Below, piece after piece: positions 22,720 to 34,233 of a stretch of 37,695 bases of DNA. Each line of letters starts with the position of its first letter. Position 1 is the stretch's first letter. Source of the DNA: Octopus bimaculoides (lineage: Eukaryota); the NCBI RefSeq assembly GCF_001194135.2, contig NC_068990.1, positions 68,963,725 through 69,001,419 of the forward strand. Reading direction: 5' to 3'. A model generated the notes under the pieces. It made no database searches, was not told where the DNA came from, and saw nothing but the letters and a program-made list of their open reading frames with translations. A program made the translations under genes and the position numbers.

Positions 22720-22905
22720 ATATACAAATAATAACAACAGACGAGGACAGGTGGTGTAAATAACAAAAGGATATATTAGTATGACGCTCGGGAATACGGA
22801 AAGTCTTTGACGTTTCGAGCTACGCTCTTCAACAGAAAGAATACGGACACAAGGAGAAAAACACGGAGAAAAAAAATTGAATAGTGTTCAGTCAACGGTC
22901 AATCA
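22720..22905 (-). mobile_element. Penelope-type terminal-repeat (pLTR)-like segment carrying a hammerhead motif
   Basis: Non-coding complex segment between microsatellites that contains the hammerhead motif at 22804-22840. Boundaries are approximate. Confidence 0.5.
22804..22840 (-). ncRNA. Minimal type I hammerhead-ribozyme-like motif with variant core
   Basis: Minus strand reads UCUUU-CUGUUGA-A-GAGC-GUA-GCUC-GAAAC-GUC-AAAGA: stem I UCUUU/AAAGA, stem II GAGC/GCUC, palindromic ACGU stem III and a GUC cleavage triplet. The core has U at position 6 instead of the canonical A. Confidence 0.6.
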
Positions 22906-22918
22906 TAATATATATATA

Positions 22919-23072
22919 NNNNNNNNNNNNNNNNNNNNNNNNNNNNNNNNNNNNNNNNNNNNNNNNNNNNNNNNNNNNNNNNNNNNNNNNNNNNNNNNNN
23001 NNNNNNNNNNNNNNNNNNNNNNNNNNNNNNNNNNNNNNNNNNNNNNNNNNNNNNNNNNNNNNNNNNNNNNNN
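22919..23072. other. Assembly gap flanked by (TA)n
   Basis: N characters. Confidence 1.
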
Positions 23073-23186
23073 TGTATGTATATATATATGTATGTATATA
23101 TATATAAATATATATATATGTATATATATATGTATATATATATAAATGCATATATATATGTATATATATATATGTATATATATATG

Positions 23187-23239
<53 letters not shown>

Positions 23240-23290
23240 ATATGTGTATATATACATATGTATGTATGTATGCATGTATGTATGTATATA
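23073..23290. repeat. Degenerate (TA)n/(TATG)n array
   Basis: Read directly. Confidence 0.9.
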
Positions 23291-24167
23291 TTGCTTTATA
23301 TGAGAAGACTAAGATCTCACTGAAGTATGTACATCGTGTTTTCACTTCTCTAATAACAGTCAATATGAACATTCTGTCTGACATGTGTCGTTATGCTCCA
23401 TTGAAACAAAGCCTCTTGTTCCAACTGTTATTAGGTTGATGTTTGCCTTCAGTTTGACAAAGTAAACTGATTTATTTTCAACGTAAAACTCTTTTGAGGC
23501 AAGAATTAAACTCATTTTGAAATTAGCGATTATAAATTTACTGGTGTGTTGCGTGTCACGACGAGTAACCTTTGAAGTATATTTTTGCCGGCAATGAGTA
23601 ATATCAAGACATCTAGCATAATACAATAATTTTATATCAACGTTTAGGGGATTACGCATCATATGACGGGTAACTTCAGAATTATACTTTTGTTACCATG
23701 GATAATATCATAAAAGTCAGAAAATATGGTATACATACAATAATTATAATCTAACTTTTTATCAAATTTCTTGATGCTTATACAAAAAGCAAAATGGTGA
23801 CATGAATAATCTTCAAAAGAAAAAAAGATTTATTACTTTAATATAAAATTAATTTCTCATTTGTGTATTTGCAGTAAATATTTGTTTTTATTTTTATAAA
23901 TTTTATCAACATAATCGCAATCTACTCCATCGAAAACCAATTTCTGCAAAATTTCAATTAAAAAAATGTGTAGTTTTCACAAACTTATGACACTCGTCCT
24001 CACCACTTATGTTAACTCACTCACTCATTTCTTTTCTCTTTCTCTCTCTCTCACTCTCTCTCCCCTATCTGCCTTCCCCCTCTCTCTTTGTAGCTTTCTT
24101 TTGATTCCTTTCTCTCTCACCCCTCTTTTTGTATGAGATAAAGCCTGACTGGAAACGAACCAACCAC

Positions 24168-24300
24168 CCAGCAATTTCGAGGAAGGGGTAAGTCTATTAT
24201 ATTGACCCATCTTCTGAACTGGTACTTATTTTATTGATCCCGAAGGATGAAAGGTAAAGTCGATGTCGGAGAAATTTGAACTCAGAACGTAAAGACGAAC
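24168..24300 (-). mobile_element. Head-truncated SINE copy
   Basis: ccagcaatttcg...aactggtacttattttattgatcccgaaggatgaaaggtaaagtcga...aaatttgaactcagaacgtaaagacg. Confidence 0.75.
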
Positions 24301-24307
24301 TAAAAAC

Positions 24308-24515
24308 CACGCTGGGCAAAATGCTTCACGTTTTGCGTTCAAATTCCGCTGAGGTCGACTTTGTCTTTCACACATTAGGAGTCGATAAAATAAATAGCAA
24401 TTGAATGCTGGGGTCGATGGAATTGGCATATTCTGTCGAGGTTGATTTATGGTTAACTTCTCTACAGATTCGATACATTAAGTACCAGTAATCTACTGGA
24501 GTTAACTCAATCAAT
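24308..24515 (+). mobile_element. SINE copy (internally deleted head) plus a further degraded fragment, head-to-head with 24168-24300
   Basis: cacgctgggcaaaatgctt...gttcaaattccgctgaggtcgactttgtctttca...gtcgataaaataa...ctggggtcgatg, then gtcgaggttgattt...cgatacattaagtaccagt. Confidence 0.7.
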
Positions 24516-24936
24516 GCATAGTGTCTCTTTTATAGCAAATGGGTTCGATTTGCTCAAAGATCGTTATAAAGAATAGCAGCCACGTATTAGTTATTTCAGG
24601 GTTAACTTAATTTCTAAGTTCTAATCCTACTTCTGTGTTCTAATCATACTAACCTGCCCTTGCGCAGAGAAGCAGGACAAGAAGAAGGAAAATAAAAACA
24701 GAAGGCCGGCGGAGGAGAGGCGAAGGAGAAGCGGAGGAGAAGGGGAATGAGATGGCAAGAAGATATGTACGATGGAAGAAAAGCCTGGTTTTCGTAACAA
24801 ACAGCTGTTCTTCAGGTTTAAATTACCCATAACATTCATTCTTTTCTCCCTCTCACTCTCCTTATGTTATATCCTCCCCTTTAACTGCTTTTATCTATCT
24901 TCGTGTACACATATATGCATATATATATATATATAT

Positions 24937-25326
24937 NNNNNNNNNNNNNNNNNNNNNNNNNNNNNNNNNNNNNNNNNNNNNNNNNNNNNNNNNNNNNNNN
25001 NNNNNNNNNNNNNNNNNNNNNNNNNNNNNNNNNNNNNNNNNNNNNNNNNNNNNNNNNNNNNNNNNNNNNNNNNNNNNNNNNNNNNNNNNNNNNNNNNNNN
25101 NNNNNNNNNNNNNNNNNNNNNNNNNNNNNNNNNNNNNNNNNNNNNNNNNNNNNNNNNNNNNNNNNNNNNNNNNNNNNNNNNNNNNNNNNNNNNNNNNNNN
25201 NNNNNNNNNNNNNNNNNNNNNNNNNNNNNNNNNNNNNNNNNNNNNNNNNNNNNNNNNNNNNNNNNNNNNNNNNNNNNNNNNNNNNNNNNNNNNNNNNNNN
25301 NNNNNNNNNNNNNNNNNNNNNNNNNN
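24937..25326. other. Assembly gap flanked by (TA)n
   Basis: N characters. Confidence 1.
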
Positions 25327-25604
25327 ATATATATATATATATATATAAATATATACATATATGTATATATATATCTATATATATATATACAGCCTATCAC
25401 TTACCTATATATATACATATATATATATATGAATATATATATATATATATGTACACACATACACATATAAATACATACATACACTCTTACTTTCTTCATA
25501 CATGCATCCATACATACACGTTGTAACCGACTATCTACTTTTGTGCTATGATAATAATGTCTTCCCCCGTCGATTTCTACGTATGAGCATCATTGTTTTG
25601 GCCG

Positions 25605-26090
25605 GGGGTTCGGGTTCGGGTTCGGTCTCTGGTTCTCTGTGTCCTGTTCTATAGTTTTGTTACTTGAGCTCTGTCCGTAGACTTTAGAACCACTTAAATT
25701 CCTTCGGTACCAGGACGCTTCGAAGGATTATGTGTTACCATTGGTCTGATATCGTATCCAACCAATTACTCAGCTCTCAAACTGAAATGTGTCCCATTAT
25801 TTTATATGATTCAGGAGCGCCAGCTCAGACTGTTTAGATATATTGCTCGATTTTTCGAGTTAATCCTTGCTTGCCATATTCACTTCCTGAGGAAATGGCT
25901 GTGTTGACGGCTCGCGTCGGTTGACCACTTGTCACATGGTCACGGCAGACGAGGAATTATCTCGCAAATATGGGAACTGGCTGTGACTCTACTCGACGGT
26001 TCGCCCGGGAGGACCCGGAATTATACTGACAAATGGTGAATGCAGCAACTCGCTGCAACGGTGCATGCCCCCACATCTGGCCTGACCTGA
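25605..26090 (+). mobile_element. 5'-truncated RTE-clade LINE 3' end
   Basis: RSLVLCVLFYSFVT*...HLNSFGTRTLRRIMCYHWSDIVSNQ...MIQERQLRLFRYIARF...RVG*PLVTWSRQ...LAN...RRFAREDPELY*QMVNAATRCNGACPH, then a short cctgacctga tail. Matches the RTE C-terminus (VLLYG.ETW; W.D.VSN; RQLR.FGH.AR; GRP...W). Confidence 0.85.
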
Positions 26091-26394
26091 TGTCTATATT
26101 CCTTCTAAGACTTAATCCACCCTACGCCATATAGACAAGTTTACACTTTGGACATGAAGTGATTGTTACACAAAGCGGGTGACAAGTTAACGTGAGACTG
26201 CATGATATATATGTATGTGCGTGTGTGTGCGTGTGTGCACTTGTGCGTGTGTGCACCTGTGCGTGTGTGTATGTGTCTGTGAGTGTGTGTGAGCGTGTAT
26301 CTATAAACGTCACGCCCGAACATCTCTCTCCCCGTCTTCCTCTCTGAATGTCTGATTAAATTCTGTTTTCTATATATACATTTTTATCTATATA

Positions 26395-26455
26395 TTGTTA
26401 ATTTCGCTCTATTATTAGGTTTAACATTATAGGTCTGTATGTTTGTGTGTGTGTT

Positions 26456-26510
<55 letters not shown>
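26395..26510. repeat. (TG)n microsatellite region
   Basis: Pure (TG)n at about 26470-26510 with a degenerate flank. Confidence 0.8.
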
Positions 26511-26512
<2 letters not shown>

Positions 26513-26737
26513 CGGTGATGTAGCAGAAAAAGTAGTGTGCCTTGTAGTATTACCTTCCTGTATGCCCATGCACATACACACATGCGCATATACATATACA
26601 CATGCATCGGGAATTTGTTAGCCGCATGTGGTCGCTGGTTGTCCAAATTGAAGGTGTTTAGTCTCAGAGTAGAAGAATTTCGCCACACACTCTGTAAAGG
26701 AAATGTCAGTCTGTTTCGTGTTTAATCTCGAATGTTA

Positions 26738-26862
26738 CTGGCACTTATTTTCAGCTGAGTGTACAAGGGCAATGCGAAATGAAGAGTCACCCGGTCTGAG
26801 AATCGAACTCGTGTCCTGATGATCCTGAGCCCAGCGTCCTAACCAGTGCGTCACGCACCTTC
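26738..26862 (-). mobile_element. tRNA-derived SINE (second family), internally deleted
   Basis: Minus strand: gaaggtgcgtgacgcactggttaggacgctgggctcagg...gagttcgattctc (A and B boxes), then cactcagctgaaaataagtgccagta. Confidence 0.6.
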
Positions 26863-27787
26863 AAACTTCATAAGATAGTAGTAAGCGTAAATTTGCAGTG
26901 ATGACACTGCTTTCTTCGTTTAAGTTGTGTGCGCGTGCACACCCGTGTGTGTATATGGGTGCGTGTGCCTGTGCATCTACCAAGCTGTTTTATAAATTGC
27001 TTAGAGAAAGAGGAGGAACATTTGCAACTATTGAATAGAAAAGGCTAAAGTGTTTGATAATAGTTAAGAGCAGTACATCATGCAATGTTTGCTGTTCTTA
27101 CAAAAATATGGTAGTTGCATGTGTTTAAAATAAAAGAACTACGCGGATTAAGGAAATGTGACTACAGCAAAACTAGATTATATAGAAACCGGAATTTGCA
27201 GCTGCAATATTTAAGTCATAAGAACTTGTATATGTTCCTTGAGACCAATCCTGACTCTTCTGGAATTTGAATGATTAGTTATATGGCAAAGGTAATCTAA
27301 GATGTCACTCCTTTATGTTTGCACACATACCCAGATACGACTGGATAATTACTAAACTGACCTGTGCAAATTATGAGGACGTACGTCCTTTAAAATATTG
27401 TCTATGTCATTCAGCTAGTGATAGTATATCAGTCAGAGGTCAAGCGCTACCAATGAAGGCTAGCATTGAATTTGGACTGAAGGGATTGTGCAGTTGAGGC
27501 TGATGTGTAGTTTTATTAAACAGCGAGGCAATGATTAGACACAATTTTTAGAACTCGATGACAGAAACGGGAATAACATCAAAATAGCCGGTGTGCTTGC
27601 AAGAAGTACGACTTCAAGTGGGACTGTAGCGTTGGTTGGACTGAGCGCGGGTTGAGTTGATGAGAAAACTAACAAGCGTAAGGAGTATATGCGTATGTAT
27701 AGTTCAGCTTGTATATCGAGTAAAGCGAGAGAGAACCAGGAGGTAGATCTGTGCATTGTATGTACATAAGTTTGTGAGAGAGGAAAA

Positions 27788-27826
<39 letters not shown>

Positions 27827-28309
27827 TGTGAGAGAGAGGGATGGAGGGAGAAACAGAGAAGGTGCATATGTTTATACGAGTGGAAATAAAATGTCATTTC
27901 ATTAAGAACTCTGATCTCGAGTTGAGCGAAGATGATATGCTTAGGGTTTAAAATTTAGCGTAATATTTGCAAATATAAATGTTATGTGTATGTATTTGTG
28001 GGTCTGAGTATTTGTGTGAGTGTATGTGTATATTTATATATAATGTATCTATTTATATATACACATGTATGTGAAATACATATACAGACAAATATAAATA
28101 TTTCTACATATACATCTACTTTAAAAAAGAACACATGCGCATACATAAATAGATGGATAGATAAGTAGAGACAGACAGACAGACAGAGACACAGACAGAG
28201 AGAAAGAGGGAAATTTCTGTCAGAGTGCATAGCTCCTATCTAAATGGTAGCTCAGTTATCTACCAAGCTTCATCCTTATTCCCCTGTTGTAACTTGCTGC
28301 TCTCACATA

Positions 28310-28311
<2 letters not shown>

Positions 28312-28372
<61 letters not shown>
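28312..28372. repeat. (CT)n microsatellite running into a gap
   Basis: Read directly. Confidence 0.95.
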
Positions 28373-28929
28373 NNNNNNNNNNNNNNNNNNNNNNNNNNNN
28401 NNNNNNNNNNNNNNNNNNNNNNNNNNNNNNNNNNNNNNNNNNNNNNNNNNNNNNNNNNNNNNNNNNNNNNNNNNNNNNNNNNNNNNNNNNNNNNNNNNNN
28501 NNNNNNNNNNNNNNNNNNNNNNNNNNNNNNNNNNNNNNNNNNNNNNNNNNNNNNNNNNNNNNNNNNNNNNNNNNNNNNNNNNNNNNNNNNNNNNNNNNNN
28601 NNNNNNNNNNNNNNNNNNNNNNNNNNNNNNNNNNNNNNNNNNNNNNNNNNNNNNNNNNNNNNNNNNNNNNNNNNNNNNNNNNNNNNNNNNNNNNNNNNNN
28701 NNNNNNNNNNNNNNNNNNNNNNNNNNNNNNNNNNNNNNNNNNNNNNNNNNNNNNNNNNNNNNNNNNNNNNNNNNNNNNNNNNNNNNNNNNNNNNNNNNNN
28801 NNNNNNNNNNNNNNNNNNNNNNNNNNNNNNNNNNNNNNNNNNNNNNNNNNNNNNNNNNNNNNNNNNNNNNNNNNNNNNNNNNNNNNNNNNNNNNNNNNNN
28901 NNNNNNNNNNNNNNNNNNNNNNNNNNNNN
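28373..28929. other. Assembly gap
   Basis: N characters. Confidence 1.
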
Positions 28930-29244
28930 ATATAAATATATATATATATATATGCACACATACATACATACATGTATGCACACATACATACACACATATA
29001 TATATACATACACACATATATACATACATAGAAACATGTGAATGAGGTGTGTGTGTGTGTGTGTGTCTGTTTGTGGAAACATGTACTTTGAGTATGTGCA
29101 TCTGTGCGTGAATATATACGTATATGAATGCTCATCTCTTTAACGTATCCGTACATCACACACCTACACATCCACACGTACACAGGTATATGTATTTATA
29201 TAAATATGCGTATGTATAAGTATACACATGTATGCATCTATGAT

Positions 29245-29327
29245 TGTATGTATGTATGTATGTATGTATGTATGTATGTATGCATGTATGTATGTATGTT
29301 TGTATGTATGTATGTATGTATGTATGT
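29245..29327. repeat. (TATG)n microsatellite
   Basis: Read directly. Confidence 0.95.
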
Positions 29328-29578
29328 ATAGCCAGATTGATTGATAAAATGGTAGATAGACAGATCGGGAAACTGTGTAGAACGTTATAAAAGCACCTTT
29401 AAAATGCGAGTTCTATATTTGATAGTGTTAACACTTAACAAAGTGTTAGTGAACAATTTAGAAGTTCGAGGACGGATTTCTTTCTGTATTTTTAATGATA
29501 AGGAACGATGCTAATAAGTACACGTGCTCACAAACATACGCACACATCCACATATATGTACTTTCTTATGTACATGTA

Positions 29579-29633
<55 letters not shown>

Positions 29634-29785
29634 ATAAGTGAGAGTATTCACATTTACATTGTATGTATGTAGATATCTATATGACGTATGTTGTTTGTAC
29701 TTGATGTTGTCTCACACAAAATCTTAGCATGCCGTTACACCTAAGAAAACATGATCATTATTTCTTACACACACCACACACACAC

Positions 29786-29827
29786 ATATGTATGTTTATG
29801 TATGTATGTATGTATGTATGTATGTAC

Positions 29828-29900
<73 letters not shown>

Positions 29901-30039
29901 TATGTATATGTATGCATGTGTGTGTCAATACATACATATATACATACGTACACATGTATATATGTAAATACATGTGTGTATACACACACACACACACTCA
30001 CTGACAAACACACACACACACATACATACACACACACAT

Positions 30040-30090
<51 letters not shown>
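29786..30090. repeat. (TATG)n-(TA)n-(CA)n-(TA)n compound microsatellite
   Basis: Read directly. Confidence 0.9.
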
Positions 30091-30091
<1 letters not shown>

Positions 30092-30981
30092 CCTACTCAA
30101 AGACCGACAGTTTCGCGTCTGGTACTTACCAAACTCACATATTTACAGGCACTACCTAACACCACACACATACCTGAACATTTACGAGTTTCTGTGTGTG
30201 TCTGTGTGTATGTGTGTATATGTGTGTCGCTAGGTCGTTCTAAAACTGGAAGATAAGTTCCATCTCAATTTCAGTCTCAAACCTGGCATTCAGTAATTTT
30301 AACGAATCGTGTTGCCTTCAAAGACACCCAATGGAGATGAGATTTTCTTTGTCATCACCTCACTGTCACCTTCATTAGCACCACCAGTACCTACGATCGT
30401 TGGAACTATACCACCATCATTATCAACACCGCCACCACAACTACCACCACCACTTCCACTACCAGAATCGACACCTTCTACAGAGTGCAGCAAAATTCCT
30501 CTTATATTCATCATTGTTAATATTACTTTTCAGCATCAAACGCAAGATGTCCATCATTATCAAGGATATTGATCACTGACACGCAAGCGGTTAATCAGTA
30601 GCTACTGGGAGACGTCATTGTCAACAGTGTAAGTTTAGCAGCGTCACAGAAATGAGTGCATAAAACATGGGATATTTTTCTGTCGTAGCATGCATAAACG
30701 TTTCAAATATTTCTCATTCAAACCACTACAGCGTCACATAGCTACGACCCACACCTCCGACACTAACTGCAATATTGATGGAGCAAGTACGAGGGCGGCC
30801 TGCAAAGAATAGCAGCCAAATCTCCTTTGAAATCAAACTCCATTGTTGAAGAGAATGTAACATATCCCTAACACTCCATTGAAGAAGTGGATATAACATA
30901 TCCCTAAAAAAATAGCATGGTCGGCATATTTTCTGTAACTTCATTCATTGTTACTACCACTGCCTCATCTATGTGTGTACG

Positions 30982-31005
30982 TATGTATGTATGTATGTAT
31001 GTATG

Positions 31006-31062
<57 letters not shown>

Positions 31063-31195
31063 CTATTTATCTCTCGATCTCTATCTATCTATGCATATCT
31101 ATGTATTTATTTATCTTTATCTATCTACGTATATCTGTCTATCTATTTATATCTATCTCTATCCATCTATGTAAACCGATTTATCTATCTATGTA

Positions 31196-31250
<55 letters not shown>

Positions 31251-31303
31251 ATCTATCTCTATCTTTCTCTATACATACATACATACATACATACATACAT
31301 ACA
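30982..31303. repeat. (TATG)n - degenerate (TATC)n - (CATA)n array
   Basis: Read directly. Confidence 0.95.
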
Positions 31304-31807
31304 TAAAACCCTGAAGGTATGAAATTATAATGATCTTTTGGACGTTGACTGATGAGGCATTAGCTACGAATTTTCCGTTTGTTGTGATTTTGTTAAATTC
31401 TTGGTGTATGTATACATATGTGCATGGCAGAATGTGAGAGTACGCGCTTGATGCAAGTCGTCTGAAGTGCCACGCTAATGTATTAAATCGTAAATATTAC
31501 CTAAATATTCACTTTAGACTCTTACGTAAACTGGCGTTGAAAACAGAGTTGGTAGAGAAACAACTGATCATTAAAGATGAGTGAAAGTATTTCTTTTGTC
31601 TTGTTTGGATTTCATATATATATTTATATATTGTTAAATTCAAATTACGACGAACGTAAACAAACAAACGAAGTTTGCTTTTAGAAACGTTGAGATGTCT
31701 TAGAAAGTTAAAGAAATGATTTTAAATTCTCAAACGCAGGATAATGCTAATAATATAGCCTGAACAGGATAAACTACCCCTATTTTGCAGAAAAAAGTGT
31801 AGGCGAC

Positions 31808-32313
31808 GCTTTGTGTATTTTCCGGCGTCTGCAATTGCGTAGAGGAGTATATAACTCTCGTATCACTGGTGTTAAAATACCTTAAAGCTGTGAACAGGTG
31901 GAATAACTCACTCTCAATCCCATTTGGGAGTGATGGACATCGAATTTTCACCATTTTTTGTAGCTTATCAACACCACTTACCCGCTTGGGTTGAAGGTGA
32001 ATCAGCTGGCCAGTCCAACAACTAATATGCTCAATTTTCGCTTAGGTATGCAATTTCCGGGCATACCAGCTCATGATTTTACAAGCCATGAGCAATATAA
32101 GTCATTGGATGGCTAACTGACTCGCCTTCAACACAGGCGGGTAGGTGGTGTTGATAAGCCACAAAAATGACGAAACATCGATGTTCATCACACCCAAATG
32201 GGATTGAGGTTGAGGTATCTCACCTGTCCACGACTCTAGGGTGTTTTAATACCGGCGACATGAGAGTTGTATACTCCGCTACGCTATTGCAGCCATCGGA
32301 AAATACACAAAGC
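31808..32313. mobile_element. Long-palindrome (fold-back) MITE-like element, ~225-bp arms
   Basis: 31808-32032 aligns along its whole length with the reverse complement of 32090-32313. Shared blocks include gctttgtgtattttccg, ctcaatcccatttggg and gcttatcaacaccac. Spacer ~57 nt; non-coding. Confidence 0.85.
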
Positions 32314-32548
32314 ATATACATTAATATATGTATTTAATAATATTTATTATACTAGAGCTGCTTTTACTTTATATGTAAATATATGTGTGGGTGCGTGTGT
32401 GTGTCTGTGTACACACACACAATTCAAATGAACGAATAACAAAATGAACAGACAACAAGACGTGCACAAGAAATATATTAGCTTGGCGCTCGGTAAGGAC
32501 AAAGGGAAAAGTCCAAAGAAGGAATATAAATTGCCAAAAGCGATGATA

Positions 32549-32665
32549 GATACACACACACACACACACACAAACACACTCACACACACACACGCACACA
32601 TACATACATACATACATACATACATACATGCATTAACGCATTAACGCATAAACGCATATATATAT
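32549..32665. repeat. (CA)n-(CATA)n-(TA)n region running into a gap
   Basis: Read directly. Confidence 0.9.
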
Positions 32666-33481
32666 NNNNNNNNNNNNNNNNNNNNNNNNNNNNNNNNNNN
32701 NNNNNNNNNNNNNNNNNNNNNNNNNNNNNNNNNNNNNNNNNNNNNNNNNNNNNNNNNNNNNNNNNNNNNNNNNNNNNNNNNNNNNNNNNNNNNNNNNNNN
32801 NNNNNNNNNNNNNNNNNNNNNNNNNNNNNNNNNNNNNNNNNNNNNNNNNNNNNNNNNNNNNNNNNNNNNNNNNNNNNNNNNNNNNNNNNNNNNNNNNNNN
32901 NNNNNNNNNNNNNNNNNNNNNNNNNNNNNNNNNNNNNNNNNNNNNNNNNNNNNNNNNNNNNNNNNNNNNNNNNNNNNNNNNNNNNNNNNNNNNNNNNNNN
33001 NNNNNNNNNNNNNNNNNNNNNNNNNNNNNNNNNNNNNNNNNNNNNNNNNNNNNNNNNNNNNNNNNNNNNNNNNNNNNNNNNNNNNNNNNNNNNNNNNNNN
33101 NNNNNNNNNNNNNNNNNNNNNNNNNNNNNNNNNNNNNNNNNNNNNNNNNNNNNNNNNNNNNNNNNNNNNNNNNNNNNNNNNNNNNNNNNNNNNNNNNNNN
33201 NNNNNNNNNNNNNNNNNNNNNNNNNNNNNNNNNNNNNNNNNNNNNNNNNNNNNNNNNNNNNNNNNNNNNNNNNNNNNNNNNNNNNNNNNNNNNNNNNNNN
33301 NNNNNNNNNNNNNNNNNNNNNNNNNNNNNNNNNNNNNNNNNNNNNNNNNNNNNNNNNNNNNNNNNNNNNNNNNNNNNNNNNNNNNNNNNNNNNNNNNNNN
33401 NNNNNNNNNNNNNNNNNNNNNNNNNNNNNNNNNNNNNNNNNNNNNNNNNNNNNNNNNNNNNNNNNNNNNNNNNNNNNNNNN
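32666..33481. other. Assembly gap
   Basis: N characters. Confidence 1.
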
Positions 33482-33563
33482 GTACATATATATTTATATA
33501 TGTAATTACGTATATGTTTGTATGTGAAATTTTGCTTTTCTTAGGTATGTCATCTTCTGAAAG

Positions 33564-33565
<2 letters not shown>

Positions 33566-33649
<84 letters not shown>

Positions 33650-33650
33650 C
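33566..33650. repeat. (CA)n-(TA)n microsatellite
   Basis: Read directly. Confidence 0.95.
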
Positions 33651-34159
33651 TGTGTATATGAACGTGTGTTGTGTTACTGTATGTTGAATATGTCAGATAA
33701 ACATTTGAAATGATAGACGCAGGCAGGTAGAAATGAATGTGAGTACATACGTGAATTCACAGTCATACGCATATGCGTTCTTCCATATATATATGCACAC
33801 ATAATCATGCCTATGTATGAATGTAAGCTTGTGTGACTGTATCTTTCTATGTGCGTAGATGTGCGTGTGTTTGTGTCCGCATATGTGCGCATGTGTGTGT
33901 GTGTATGCGTGCGTGCGTATATGTGTGTGGTGTGTGCATGTTTGTGTGGTTGGGGCTGTATGCGTAGGTATATAAGAAAACCGTATGGTACGAAGAGGAA
34001 CAAAAAAAGAGATTTCAGAGGATAGACCGACTTAAAGTTCACTTGAACAACGTACTGAAGACCATCAAATCTGCATGAAGTTATATACATGCATACACGT
34101 GTATATATGCTGAAGTATATATTCATTCGTGTAATATATATATATATGTATGTATATGC

Positions 34160-34163
34160 GCGT

Positions 34164-34232
<69 letters not shown>
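34160..34232. repeat. (TG)n microsatellite
   Basis: Read directly. Confidence 0.95.

Positions 34233-34233
<1 letters not shown>

Noticed and set aside
26738-26862. Possible genuine tRNA gene
   Set aside because: A and B boxes are present, but the acceptor stem is incomplete and the sequence continues into a SINE body.
30309-30572. Pro/Ser/Thr-rich ORF (and the Gly-rich antisense ORF)
   Set aside because: Explained by a decayed (CCA/CAT)n repeat; non-ATG start and no splice support.
31346-31375. CTGATGA-GGC-ATTA-GCT resembling a hammerhead core and stem II
   Set aside because: Not followed by GAAA, and no stems I or III.
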